A stretch of 64,000 nucleotides of DNA from Abditibacteriaceae bacterium. Lineage in GTDB: Bacteria > Armatimonadota > Abditibacteriia > Abditibacteriales > Abditibacteriaceae. The translations under genes were made by a program, and so were the position numbers. Below are positions 39,295 through 49,036 of the stretch, in pieces. The notes below the pieces were generated by a model. It saw nothing but the letters and a program-made list of their open reading frames with translations, was not told the origin of the DNA and made no database searches. Within the stretch, counting starts at the first letter, position 1, and each line of letters opens with the position of its first letter. The DNA lies in assembly GCA_965277285.1 (NCBI GenBank), contig OZ255721.1, positions 736,001 to 800,000 of the forward strand, written 5' to 3'.

Positions 39295-41169
39295 ATGGTT
39301 TCTCTGCCCGCGCAACTTCGCGCGCCCCGCCGTTTTTTCCGTTTTTATAAAAGTTCCGAGCGCGATCCCAAAGACACCGGATTTCGCAATTTGTGGCGCT
39401 TCATGGCGTACATGAAGCCTTACCGTTTCTATGTATGGGTCGCCTTCGTGACGGGCTTGATTCGGATGGTCTTGCCGCTTTATATGCCGCGTTTTCTCAA
39501 GGATGTGATCGATCACGTCCTGATTCCCAAAACGCCTTTGTCCGTTCCTGACCGCCTGAATTTGCTGTGGCATATGCTGCCCGTTATCGGCGTGTTGATG
39601 GTCGTTCATGTCGGTGTCACGCTGGCGCGCATTTACTGGGGCAACATGATCGCGGCCAATGTCGTGCGCGATGTACGCTACATTTTGTTCGATCATGTGC
39701 AGCGTTTATCGCTCGAATTTCATATGCAGCGACCGACTGGCTCGATTGTGTCGCGCTTGATGACCGACGTCACGAACGCGCAAAACTCCTTCGATTTGCT
39801 GTTCATTCAGGGTTCGCAGAACCTTTTACAAACCCTCGCCATCACGGTTTATTTGTTTTACCAGGATTGGCGCTGGGCCTTGATTGCGTTCTCCACCGTG
39901 CCGATTTTCACGATTACAACGCGCATTTTGCGCAACCGTTTTCGGGAATCGAGCCGTCAGGTGATGGAAACCAACTCGCGCATTTCCGGCCACTTGCAAG
40001 AGCGCATTTCGATGATCCGCGAAGTGCAAAGTTTCACAGCCGAAGATTACGAACGTCGTCGCGTGCGAGGCCAGACCAACGTCTTGCGCGGCTACACATT
40101 GCGCCAGTTTTTCATGCTGGCGATCACAATCTCGGCTTCAGACATCACGCGCTATCTGGGCTTGGTCATCATCGTGGTTTTCGGCGTTTATCGAGTACTC
40201 TACGGCCACGCTTCGCCCGGCGATGTAAGCGCGTTTTACATCTACATCGGAATGCTTTTGCAGCCGATTGATTTTCTGGCCAACCTTTACACCAACTTGC
40301 TGCAAAGCTCGATTGCCGCCGACCGCGTTTTCGAGTTCCTCGATACGCGCTCGCCGATTCAGGACGCGCCGAACGCCGAGGCTTTGCCCGTAGTGCGCCC
40401 AGCCAGCGTTCGTTTTCAAAACGTCGTTTTCGGTTATCCCGACGACCCAAAAACGCTAATTTTAAAGGACATTTCGTTTGAAGCCAAAGACGGCGCGCGC
40501 GTTGTGCTGGTCGGCGGCAGCGGTTCGGGAAAGTCATCCACCATGAACTTGCTGCTGCGCTTTTACGACGTGACGAGCGGCGCCATCGTCGTCAATGGAA
40601 AGGATGTGCGCGAAGTGACGACCAATTCGCTGCGCCAGGCGATTGGCATTGTGCCGCAGCAGCCAATTTTGTTTCGTGGCACCATCCGCGACAACATCAT
40701 GTATGGACAGCGCGGCGCGGGCGAGGAAGAAATGCGCGAAGCCGCGCGCTCGGCCAATGCGGAAAAGTTCATCCTCGAAATGCCCGATGGCTACGATACG
40801 CGCATCGGCGAACGTGGCGCCCGTCTCAGCGGCGGACAAGCGCAACGCATCGCCATCGCGCGCGCCTTTTTGAAAAATCCGTCCATTCTCATCATGGACG
40901 AAGCGACTTCCAATTTGGATGCGACCAGCGAAGGTTTGGTGCTCGAAGCCTTGGATAGATTGGCCGAAGGTCGCACAACCTTCATCATCGCGCACCGTTT
41001 GAGCGTGGCGCGCACCGCGAATCTTATTCTGGTCTTGAACAAAGGCGAAATCGTCGAGCGCGGAACGCATCAGGAACTGCTGGCCAAAGACGGCGCCTAC
41101 ACCGAGTTATGGAATCAGCAAATGGTCGGCACTGTGCGCGAAAGCGCCGCCCTGACAGCAACAGCGTAG
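39295..41169 (+). CDS. ABC exporter, fused permease/ATPase (MsbA-like family)
   Basis: TM domain followed by GGSGSGKS, LSGGQ.QR, ILIMDEATS.LD and IAHRLS. Confidence 0.95.
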   Translation: MVSLPAQLRAPRRFFRFYKSSERDPKDTGFRNLWRFMAYMKPYRFYVWVAFVTGLIRMVLPLYMPRFLKDVIDHVLIPKTPLSVPDRLNLLWHMLPVIGVLMVVHVGVTLARIYWGNMIAANVVRDVRYILFDHVQRLSLEFHMQRPTGSIVSRLMTDVTNAQNSFDLLFIQGSQNLLQTLAITVYLFYQDWRWALIAFSTVPIFTITTRILRNRFRESSRQVMETNSRISGHLQERISMIREVQSFTAEDYERRRVRGQTNVLRGYTLRQFFMLAITISASDITRYLGLVIIVVFGVYRVLYGHASPGDVSAFYIYIGMLLQPIDFLANLYTNLLQSSIAADRVFEFLDTRSPIQDAPNAEALPVVRPASVRFQNVVFGYPDDPKTLILKDISFEAKDGARVVLVGGSGSGKSSTMNLLLRFYDVTSGAIVVNGKDVREVTTNSLRQAIGIVPQQPILFRGTIRDNIMYGQRGAGEEEMREAARSANAEKFILEMPDGYDTRIGERGARLSGGQAQRIAIARAFLKNPSILIMDEATSNLDATSEGLVLEALDRLAEGRTTFIIAHRLSVARTANLILVLNKGEIVERGTHQELLAKDGAYTELWNQQMVGTVRESAALTATA

Positions 41170-41257
41170 AGAATCGAGTACTCGATTACCCAGCTTGCGC
41201 ATAAAACATCGACAAGTGGAACGAAGCTTTATGAACAAGCTCAAACGGTGAAATGCG

Positions 41258-41770
41258 ATGAAGAAAAAAGATTTTCTGCTGATTCTTCCGGTTCTGTTTT
41301 TAGTCGTGTTGGCGATTGTTCTGCCGCGTCTCACTGCAAAGCCGAAGAGTTCGCTGGTCATCGAGAAAGTAACCGTTTTGCCCTACAAGGATCCGCCGTT
41401 GCCGCGTGCCAAAGGCGCCGACTACAGTTACTTGAAATACTGCGACGACACGAAAGTGACTGTCACTGGTCACTACCAGTTTTCGTGGATGGACAGTCAC
41501 ATCAACAAAAAGCGCGGCACCTGCCAGATGTCGGATGTTCATCTTGTTGATGCCAAAGGCCGCAAATACTATATGCTCAAAGCCAGCGATACCGGCAGCA
41601 CGCACAGCATCGGCGGCAGTATTACCACCGAAGGCCATTGGTTCCAAGTCGATTACAGCGGCATCAACCTCTGGCAATTCCCGCGTTCTGCAGGCGCGAT
41701 TTCTCTTCAATCAAACTACGTTGATCAAGATGGTTCTGTCATGCCTTTCTCAATTGTCGTGCGCAAGTAG
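41258..41770 (+). CDS. Hypothetical exported or membrane-anchored protein
   Basis: N-terminal hydrophobic anchor; 170 aa. Confidence 0.7.
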   Translation: MKKKDFLLILPVLFLVVLAIVLPRLTAKPKSSLVIEKVTVLPYKDPPLPRAKGADYSYLKYCDDTKVTVTGHYQFSWMDSHINKKRGTCQMSDVHLVDAKGRKYYMLKASDTGSTHSIGGSITTEGHWFQVDYSGINLWQFPRSAGAISLQSNYVDQDGSVMPFSIVVRK

Positions 41771-41889
41771 CGGACAATTCAGTTTTAGAAGCTGTCCCGC
41801 AAACTAAATCACGGTTTCAATTATCAGTTTGTCGTTCTGAGAACGTGTAGAGAAAGTCGTAAAAACAGTAGCAAATGCTCGAAAGTGAA

Positions 41890-41961
41890 AGTTTGTCATT
41901 CTGGGCGTAGAGAAGAATCTGGTTATAGTTAGATACTTCTCTGCGCTCAGAATGACAAACT
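41890..41961. repeat. REP-like hairpin (TGTCATTCTG.GCG...CGCTCAGAATGACA)
   Basis: AGTTTGTCATTCTGGGCGTAGAGAAG...CTTCTCTGCGCTCAGAATGACAAACT between convergent genes; partial arm also near 16410. Confidence 0.75.
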
Positions 41962-41989
41962 CTTACTCACTGAACTTTTGAAATGGCTT

Positions 41990-43375
41990 CTATTGAAGCG
42001 AACGAATCGCAATCGCCAGATCGTTATCTAATTGCGGCACAACGAACTTCAAAACGCCGTCAGTGCGCACTTGCAATTGTTGAAGACAAACGCCGTCGCG
42101 CGTGTTCCACAAGCTAATCGAGTACTCAATAGGTTGCATTTGCTGCAACATCAGGCGAACATCGCACAAAGGTTCGCGTTGCGGCATCGTGCCTTTATGA
42201 TGTTTGGGCATATCGCGCAGCAGCCACAAAACGGCTTGTCGCTCATCGCCGACTGCGAAAACATGAACATCGCGCGCGGAAACTTGCACGTTTTTCGTCC
42301 AGTCGCGCGGCGAAAAATGGCGCCAATCAAGCAGCGGGACGAACTTCGCCAGATTTCCCAACGCGTGCTTCATGCCTTGAGTAATGTTGTGCGGATGACG
42401 CGCTGGCCAGCGCATTCCGCTGCCGCAACCGCCGCTCGCCAGATGCGCCCACATCAAATGACGCTCGTATTCGTCGTCGAAGGCTTCATCCAAATACTTC
42501 TTGTGATCGTTGAACAGGTGAATTGGGCCATGCTCGCTGTCGGTAAAAGGGCGATTGGCAGGCGTTCGTTCCAAACCAAAACACGTCCAGCGAGCCATCG
42601 CCAATGCGGGCGCGACGGTGTTCTGCGGAAAGTCGATGTCGCCTTTGTTGTAGATGTGCGTGGTGGCGAAATCGAGATCGGGATGCTCGAAAACAAGTTT
42701 CGAGTACTCGTTTGGCTCTGGCCCGAAAATCGAAACCGTTTGAGGCCGCACAAATCCCCACGTTTTGCACTCTTCTTCCCGAATCGCCTGCGACCAACGC
42801 GCAACTACACGACTTTGCTCTTCGACATTGCCGCCCCAATGCGGATGAATCTCGTTGAATAAATCCCAGGCGCCAAAGCTGCCGTATTTGCCCCAACGAT
42901 GAGCGACGAAGCGCAAGCGATTTTCAACAGCGGCAATTGTCACAGAGTCAGTAAAAAACGATTGAGGATTTTGCGCTGGGCCACCGTTTCGTGTGTTGTA
43001 GGGATGCTTGTGCCAGCGCCGCGCCATCCAGAAATTGTCCCACGGCGCCAGCAAAATGCGCAGTCCAAAACGCTCGCACAACTCAAACAAATCGTCCCAC
43101 AAACGCACCATCGCGGGGTTAAAGACGCCGACGCGTCGCTCGAAGTAGCGGCCTTCGGTGTGCGCATATTCCAACATCAAGCGCAACGTATTGATGCCGT
43201 TGTCCGACAGAGAACGCAGATAGTTTTCAACGGAAGCGAGATCGCGGCGGCGATAAAGTCCGTTCAAGCCTGGCCAACTGATGGCATCGTTAGCGCCAAT
43301 GAAAAGAAACGGTTCGCCCTGGAAGGTTTCAAAATAACGTCCGCCTGGAGCGACGCGCAAAGGAGAAAGTGTCAC
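41990..43375 (-). CDS. Putative glycoside hydrolase (clan A TIM barrel, GH5-like)
   Basis: F..IG.N, GINTLRL, WDLFNE (acid/base-like), H.Y, SEHG. Confidence 0.7.
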   Translation of the reverse strand: MTLSPLRVAPGGRYFETFQGEPFLFIGANDAISWPGLNGLYRRRDLASVENYLRSLSDNGINTLRLMLEYAHTEGRYFERRVGVFNPAMVRLWDDLFELCERFGLRILLAPWDNFWMARRWHKHPYNTRNGGPAQNPQSFFTDSVTIAAVENRLRFVAHRWGKYGSFGAWDLFNEIHPHWGGNVEEQSRVVARWSQAIREEECKTWGFVRPQTVSIFGPEPNEYSKLVFEHPDLDFATTHIYNKGDIDFPQNTVAPALAMARWTCFGLERTPANRPFTDSEHGPIHLFNDHKKYLDEAFDDEYERHLMWAHLASGGCGSGMRWPARHPHNITQGMKHALGNLAKFVPLLDWRHFSPRDWTKNVQVSARDVHVFAVGDERQAVLWLLRDMPKHHKGTMPQREPLCDVRLMLQQMQPIEYSISLWNTRDGVCLQQLQVRTDGVLKFVVPQLDNDLAIAIRSLQ

Positions 43376-43423
43376 GAAATCTTATTTCCAAACAAAGTTT
43401 GTATGCTCACAAAACACACAAAC

Positions 43424-43508
43424 AACGAACCCGAAGCGTGAGCGACGGGCTTAACTTGGGTTGTATGTAACTGTTAGTTAAGCCCGTCGCTCACGCTTCG
43501 GGTTCGTT
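43424..43508. repeat. REP-like hairpin family A
   Basis: AACGAACCCGAAGCGTGAGCGACGGGCTTAAC...GTTAAGCCCGTCGCTCACGCTTCGGGTTCGTT. Confidence 0.85.
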
Positions 43509-43529
43509 ACCGAAACGCTTAGATGCGAG

Positions 43530-44981
43530 TTACTTCCGTCGAATCAGCCACATCGCCAGGCCGCCGAGCAGCGCGCCTTTGAGTACGCGATCCGCTTGAG
43601 GATGCGTTTCCAACCAGTTCGAGACGCTTTTAGTTTTCGCCTGATCGGTGAAATCGCCGCCGATGTGCCCGTGTCCGTTCAAAGAATGGAACAAGTTGTC
43701 GGGCGCGCTGGCGCTTTTCGGCTCGTTCGTCATCTGCGCCTTAATTGCCGATTTGAACAGCATTTTGTCCACCAACGCGGGACTGACTTTTTGCAGACTG
43801 GCCATCATGCGTCCAGCGCCGCCCGCGTAAATATCGCGCGTCGGGTTTTCGGCGGCGTGCAAAATTACTTCGGCCACCACTTGAGGCTGATAAATCGGCG
43901 GCGCGGGCATCGGCTTGACGCCCAATTTGGTGCGCGCATGGTTGAACAACGGCGTGTTGATGCCTGAGGGCATCACGTTCGTCACGTAAATTGGCACGCC
44001 TTCTTCCATCAATTCCATGCGCAGCGCATCCAAAAACCCGACCATGCCATGCTTCGATGAACCATAAGCGCTCTGCAGCGGAAACGCGCGCTTTGCTTCG
44101 ACCGAAGAAACGTGAATCAAAGCGCCGCGACCTTCGCGCTTCAAATGTGGCAGCGCCGCCATCGCGCCATACGCTTGGCCAACCAGATTGATTTCGATCA
44201 CGCGCTTGAACTCTTCGGGCGTCGTGTCGGCGAACTTTGCGTAAATCGAAACCGCCGCGCAATGCACCCACGTATCAAGTCGCCCATATTCCGCAACCGC
44301 GCGGTCGGCAACAGCTTTCACCTGCTCGAACTCCGACGCATCGGCGACCACAGAAACCGCTGTTCCACCGAAATTGCGGATGCTTTCAACCAGCGTTTTC
44401 AAGCCTTCTTCGCCGCGCGCTGCGACCACGACTTTGGCGCCCTTGCGCGCAAACTGGATCGCCGTTTCGCGCCCGATGCCGCTCGAGGCGCCAAACACGA
44501 CAACCACTTGTTCGCTGATCGGCTTGAGGCTCGTCGCGGCTTCAATTTCGGCCAATCGAGTACTCGATTGGCGCACCGGAGCGTCTTCGCCGCGCACTTT
44601 GGCCGAAACGGTTTGCGCCATGTGTTGCGCGCTTTCCGAGACCTGCGCGACTTTTTCCTGCGCCGTTCCCGTTAGGTCAGCGACTTTCCCCTGCGCGTTT
44701 TCAAGAACCGGCGCGGCGGCTACCTGCAACTGTCCGACTTTTTCTTTAGCGACTCCCGCCAATTGCTGAGCGCGCCCGATTGTCGCATCTTTCACGTCCT
44801 GAACGAGCTGCTCCTTGACTTTTTGCGGGTTCAACTTGTCCTGAATGGCGTCGATGGTTTGCGACATTTCGCTGCGCGTTTCCTCGATTTCGCCGCGCAG
44901 TTCATGCGCTCCGCGCTCTTCGCCGTAATCGCCACCTTTGTTTTCAGCTTGCTCGTTTTCTTTCTTTTCGTGTTCGCTCAT
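43530..44981 (-). CDS. SDR family oxidoreductase with N-terminal DUF3618/LEA-like extension
   Basis: IEETRSEMSQTIDAIQDKL.P (DUF3618-like), then VVFGASSGIG and Y..SK. Confidence 0.9.
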   Translation of the reverse strand: MSEHEKKENEQAENKGGDYGEERGAHELRGEIEETRSEMSQTIDAIQDKLNPQKVKEQLVQDVKDATIGRAQQLAGVAKEKVGQLQVAAAPVLENAQGKVADLTGTAQEKVAQVSESAQHMAQTVSAKVRGEDAPVRQSSTRLAEIEAATSLKPISEQVVVVFGASSGIGRETAIQFARKGAKVVVAARGEEGLKTLVESIRNFGGTAVSVVADASEFEQVKAVADRAVAEYGRLDTWVHCAAVSIYAKFADTTPEEFKRVIEINLVGQAYGAMAALPHLKREGRGALIHVSSVEAKRAFPLQSAYGSSKHGMVGFLDALRMELMEEGVPIYVTNVMPSGINTPLFNHARTKLGVKPMPAPPIYQPQVVAEVILHAAENPTRDIYAGGAGRMMASLQKVSPALVDKMLFKSAIKAQMTNEPKSASAPDNLFHSLNGHGHIGGDFTDQAKTKSVSNWLETHPQADRVLKGALLGGLAMWLIRRK

Positions 44982-45379
44982 TTCGCTTGCTCCTTCGCCC
45001 ATTGCACGTCTTCCTTGATCGTCTCGACGGTTTGTTGCGGCACCATGCTGACGCCTTTAATCGCCGCGATGCCTTTCAAGGCCAGAATCGCGGCGCCAGC
45101 GCCCAGCAAAATGGTGACAATCAACGCCGCCAGCCACACTTTCACGACAACGATGGCCACCGCGAAAATCAGAAAAACGACGAGCGCCATAAACGCGCCC
45201 AATCCCAGTACAGCGCCCGCGACCGCCAGGCCGAGATTTTTGCCGATTTTGGCGGCTTTTTGCGTCATCTCGGTTTTGGCGAGTTGCACTTCCTGACGCA
45301 CCAAAGTCGAGGTTTCGCGCGTTAAATCGCCGAACAGTTCGCCCAGCGATTTGTCTTTCGGGTCTTTCACATCCGCCAT
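44978..45379 (-). CDS. Phage holin-like membrane protein (DUF1469/YhjD family)
   Basis: SLGELF.DL..E.STLVRQEV.LAKTE, two TM helices, P.QT.ET.KED.QW. Confidence 0.88.
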   Translation of the reverse strand: MADVKDPKDKSLGELFGDLTRETSTLVRQEVQLAKTEMTQKAAKIGKNLGLAVAGAVLGLGAFMALVVFLIFAVAIVVVKVWLAALIVTILLGAGAAILALKGIAAIKGVSMVPQQTVETIKEDVQWAKEQAK

Positions 45380-45452
45380 ATTTCTACTCCTTGCTATTCG
45401 CAATTGGGGACACAGAAGCTGCGCTTACGCGTCCCGTTTCGGGAACAGCACC

Positions 45453-45932
45453 TTACAAAAGATTGCCGTTTTCGTCTTCGACACGCGCGCCGCCGCTCGC
45501 TTGATGGTCGTCATCGCCCGTCACGCTCATATCAGTTGAAGCGACATCGACAAGGCCGACATCGGTCATTTCGAGTTGCGTCGAACGCGTGCCAATCACG
45601 CTTTCGCTTGGCCCAACGCCCGGCGGCTCTGCCATCGAACCCAATTCGCCCGCCGTATTCAAATTGACGATGCCGCTGTCGACGGTCGTTGTATCGGCGC
45701 CTGACGAACCCGCGCCGACGTATTTTGGGTCGAAATCGCCGCCGGTTGTGCCGTCAGCGGCTGGCCCCAAATCTTTCGCGGTCGGTTCATAAGAAAGTTT
45801 TTCCGTGCTGCGCTCCGCGATGGCTTCAATGCCGCCGCGATTGTTCACGCTACGCGGATCGTCCTCGCTCATTTCAAAACCCGTGCCAGAAAGGGTTTTA
45901 TCGTCGGTCGCATTGTTGGTCTCGTCGCTCAT
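45453..45932 (-). CDS. Hypothetical acidic, low-complexity protein
   Basis: GGAGG SD upstream; D/E/G/T-rich, likely disordered. Confidence 0.7.
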   Translation of the reverse strand: MSDETNNATDDKTLSGTGFEMSEDDPRSVNNRGGIEAIAERSTEKLSYEPTAKDLGPAADGTTGGDFDPKYVGAGSSGADTTTVDSGIVNLNTAGELGSMAEPPGVGPSESVIGTRSTQLEMTDVGLVDVASTDMSVTGDDDHQASGGARVEDENGNLL

Positions 45933-46024
45933 CGTGTCCTCCAGGATCCATTTGCGGCGCTTTCTTAGAGCGGCTTCGATGCCCGTAACACGCTTTCGAG
46001 TACTCGATATTGTAAAATCGCCGC

Positions 46025-46525
46025 ATGAAACTACGCAACATCGTCACTTTCCAAGCGCCCCACTTCGTGCCGCCCGATATTCAACAGATAATCGAAAAAC
46101 ACAACGCCGTTATAGAATTGGAAGATGCGTTTATAGATCTTCTGATTTCAATGGCGAGCATTGTATTTGAAGGTTTGAAACAACGCGGTTTCCGTTGCGA
46201 AGAGCCTTTCTTCAACCTGAAATGGAGTGCAGCTCAAATCACAGTTGATGTGAACGGCTATGCTTTTGCCGTCCTGCTTAAGCTGGATTCCAAAGAGCAT
46301 TACTGGTTCATTCACGTTGGCTCACTGGAGCAATATGGCGCACCTTTGATGAAAGAAAAATACAATTACGAAGACGCCAACGAACATCACGCTGTCTGTG
46401 AAGCCGTTGACGAAGTTCTGCGTTCTGATTCTCAGATTACCGATGTTCGGTGGTATTCTTACGACGAGCGGCGCGCAGAACGCGAGCAACAGAAAACAGC
46501 TCATCAAGCAAAGGATTCTTCATAA
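46025..46525 (+). CDS. Hypothetical protein (paralog of 47159..47620)
   Basis: Shares MK.RNIVTF.APHFV and AVC.AVDEVLRSD.QIT.VRW.SYDE with 47159..47620. Confidence 0.8.
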   Translation: MKLRNIVTFQAPHFVPPDIQQIIEKHNAVIELEDAFIDLLISMASIVFEGLKQRGFRCEEPFFNLKWSAAQITVDVNGYAFAVLLKLDSKEHYWFIHVGSLEQYGAPLMKEKYNYEDANEHHAVCEAVDEVLRSDSQITDVRWYSYDERRAEREQQKTAHQAKDSS

Positions 46526-46556
46526 CACGCACAGATTCGACGTTTCGAGTACTCGA

Positions 46557-47117
46557 TTACAATAACGTCCACTCAACACCGCGCGGCCCGGCGCTGGCGT
46601 GAATGTGGCCGCAGGCGACCAGTTGCGGCTGTTGTTGCGAAATGGTTTCGCGCACAGCCAGGCTTCCCAGGTGGCGCGCATTTGACGAAAGGTCAACCAC
46701 GCCTTGAGGCGGAGAATGCGACACCAGAACAGCGCGAGCGGGACAATCGCGCAATAGTTGCCGCGCGTCTTCCTCGCCGAAGTCGTAGCTCCACGCGCCA
46801 AAAGGCGTGATGGGAACGCCACCGCCCAGCCCGAAAAACGTTATGCCATCAATGGTCGCGCCGGTGCCATGCAAAACGTGAACATCTTTCCAGCCACCGC
46901 AGGCAGCTTTCAATTCATCAAAGGTTTCGTTGTTGCCCGGAATGAGAACCGTCGGAACTTCGATTTCCCTCAAGATGCGAATACAACTTTCCAGCCCTCG
47001 ATGGGCATTGCAGAAGTCGCCCGCGCCAACGCAAGCATCGAAATCGCGGCTGCGTTGAACCAAGTGTCGAGCGGCTTCAATGTCACCGTGCAAGTCGCTG
47101 AATAAAAGCAGTTTCAT
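46557..47117 (-). CDS. Calcineurin-like metallophosphoesterase
   Basis: SDLHG, GAGD, PGNNE, HSPP, CGHIH; the C-terminus looks short. Confidence 0.88.
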   Translation of the reverse strand: MKLLLFSDLHGDIEAARHLVQRSRDFDACVGAGDFCNAHRGLESCIRILREIEVPTVLIPGNNETFDELKAACGGWKDVHVLHGTGATIDGITFFGLGGGVPITPFGAWSYDFGEEDARQLLRDCPARAVLVSHSPPQGVVDLSSNARHLGSLAVRETISQQQPQLVACGHIHASAGPRGVEWTLL

Positions 47118-47158
47118 ATCTTGATTCTCCCATTCAGTGCCTGTTATAAAATCGCCGT

Positions 47159-47620
47159 ATGAAAATTCGTAATATCGTCACCTTTGAAGCGCCCCATTTC
47201 GTATCGGCATCACCATTACAAGAAGGTTCCGATGAACTCGTTGTTTCCTGTAGAAGCGAAATCGCAATGGCAACTTTCATCGTCGGTTTGTTGCGCGACA
47301 AAGGATTTGAGTGCAAATCGCCTTATCAATACATCAAGTTCCGCGATGCCGTCTTTTTCGATGTCTTTTTGGATTGTTATAGATATTGGTGTTCTTTGGG
47401 TTTGGAAAATCAACACCAGTGGTTGATTGATGTTTACTCAATGCGTGAACACGATGCGACTTGGTTTAAGCACCTGTACGACGAACAAGACGCCACCGAA
47501 TGGCGCGCCGTCTGCCACGCCGTTGATGAGGTTCTGCGCTCCGATCCTCAAATTACAAATGTTCGATGGTTTTCTTACGATGAATTGGAGAAAGAAGACG
47601 AACCGAAAGACTCATCGTGA
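47159..47620 (+). CDS. Hypothetical protein (paralog of 46025..46525)
   Basis: Conserved N- and C-terminal blocks with the paralog; near-identical TAAAATCGCCGYATG upstream. Confidence 0.8.
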   Translation: MKIRNIVTFEAPHFVSASPLQEGSDELVVSCRSEIAMATFIVGLLRDKGFECKSPYQYIKFRDAVFFDVFLDCYRYWCSLGLENQHQWLIDVYSMREHDATWFKHLYDEQDATEWRAVCHAVDEVLRSDPQITNVRWFSYDELEKEDEPKDSS

Positions 47621-48688
47621 AAGCTGGCAATTTAACGCCTCGCGCGCATAACTTTCCAATTCGGTTGCGCGATGATGCGCGGTGTGGCGTTCGAGTACTC
47701 GCTGGCGCGCGCGCTGGCCGATTTGCTGGCGTTCTTCATCGCCGATTTCGCGCAGAAAATGCAAGGCTTCTTCGGTGGAATGCGCGATCATGATTTCCCT
47801 GTTTGGCACAAAGAATTCGTCCAAACCTTCCCACCAATCGGAAATAATTGGCGTACTGCAGGCGGCGGCTTCAAACAAGCGAACGCTGGGCGAATGTCCC
47901 ATTTGGATCATGTCCGCGCGCGTGATATTCAATGTCCAGCGGCTCGCGTTGTAAAACCCGCGATGTTGCGCAGGCGGCAAATGCTCGATGCGTTGCACAT
48001 TCTGCGGCCACGCAATTGTCGATGGATATTGCGGCCCGGCGACCACGAAACGGCCTTCGTTCCAACGTCGCGCAGGTTCCACCAGCAAGCGTTCCACGCC
48101 TGGCTGACGATCATCGGAATACGTTCCCAGATAACTTAAATCATATTTTGGCAGCGCGACTTCGGGGAAATAAAGTTCGGGATCGACCGAGCAGTAAAGC
48201 GGGCGCGCGCACGGCGAACCCCAATCGTGTTCGAGTACTCGAAGCGTCTTGCCGCCGCTGAACGAAAGGTAAACGTTGTATTTCGGAATCAATTGCGGGT
48301 TGATGTATTCGTAATCGCCGCGCGCCAGTTTCGCCAATGTCACCGGCGTATCAATATCGTAAAAGGCGGTCGCGCCGCGCGCCGTGTTGCAAACCCATTC
48401 GCCGACTTGAACGCCGTCGGGAACATACGAACCGACGATCACGAAATCGGCGTCGCGCACATCGTTGGCAAATCGGTCGCGCAGTTCCTCCACATCGGCG
48501 TAAAGTTCGGTGCGACCAAACGACGGCTGCGCCAGATCACGATGTTTGGCATACCACGGAACATCGCGTTCGAGAAAGAGAACGTCGTGCCCCAAAGCGC
48601 ACAATTCACGCACCAAACCGCGATAAGTCGTCGCGTGCCCGTTGCCCCACGACGACGTAATCGAAAGACCGAGAATAACGATTTTCAT
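47612..48688 (-). CDS. CgeB/YkvP family glycosyltransferase
   Basis: SSWGNGHATTYRGL, YDIDTP, SPSVRLFEAAAC, HT..HRA. Confidence 0.9.
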   Translation of the reverse strand: MKIVILGLSITSSWGNGHATTYRGLVRELCALGHDVLFLERDVPWYAKHRDLAQPSFGRTELYADVEELRDRFANDVRDADFVIVGSYVPDGVQVGEWVCNTARGATAFYDIDTPVTLAKLARGDYEYINPQLIPKYNVYLSFSGGKTLRVLEHDWGSPCARPLYCSVDPELYFPEVALPKYDLSYLGTYSDDRQPGVERLLVEPARRWNEGRFVVAGPQYPSTIAWPQNVQRIEHLPPAQHRGFYNASRWTLNITRADMIQMGHSPSVRLFEAAACSTPIISDWWEGLDEFFVPNREIMIAHSTEEALHFLREIGDEERQQIGQRARQRVLERHTAHHRATELESYAREALNCQLSR

Positions 48689-48764
48689 TGCTAAAACCTT
48701 GTTCCAATGGTCAATAAAAGAAGTGTGCTATGGTTATGCTAAATCGGATGAGGCAGAAGCCACC

Positions 48765-49034
48765 ATGAACGATCAGGAACCCGCGCTCAGCGCATTAGTT
48801 GTTATTGCTGCGATTTTCGGTACGGTAGCTGGTGCTATCTTAGGCGGCTTGCTCGCCGGACTTTGCGGTTTTGCGCTCCTAACCGCCGCCCTTTTGATGA
48901 CCCACACTTCGGGCGACCAAGCTACAGGTGTCGGAGGATTGATACTCTTACCTGTCCCATTTGGAATGGTGTTCGGAGCCATCAAGTCCTGCAACATAAT
49001 CAAGAAATACTTTGATTTACCCAACCAAGATTGA
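48765..49034 (+). CDS. Small membrane protein on the opposite strand within the GT cluster
   Basis: Two hydrophobic helices; fills the gap between two GT genes. Confidence 0.55.
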   Translation: MNDQEPALSALVVIAAIFGTVAGAILGGLLAGLCGFALLTAALLMTHTSGDQATGVGGLILLPVPFGMVFGAIKSCNIIKKYFDLPNQD

Positions 49035-49036
49035 TT

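Noticed and set aside
44978..45379. Prophage inferred from the holin-like gene
   Set aside because: DUF1469-type proteins are common chromosomal membrane proteins, and no phage genes are nearby.
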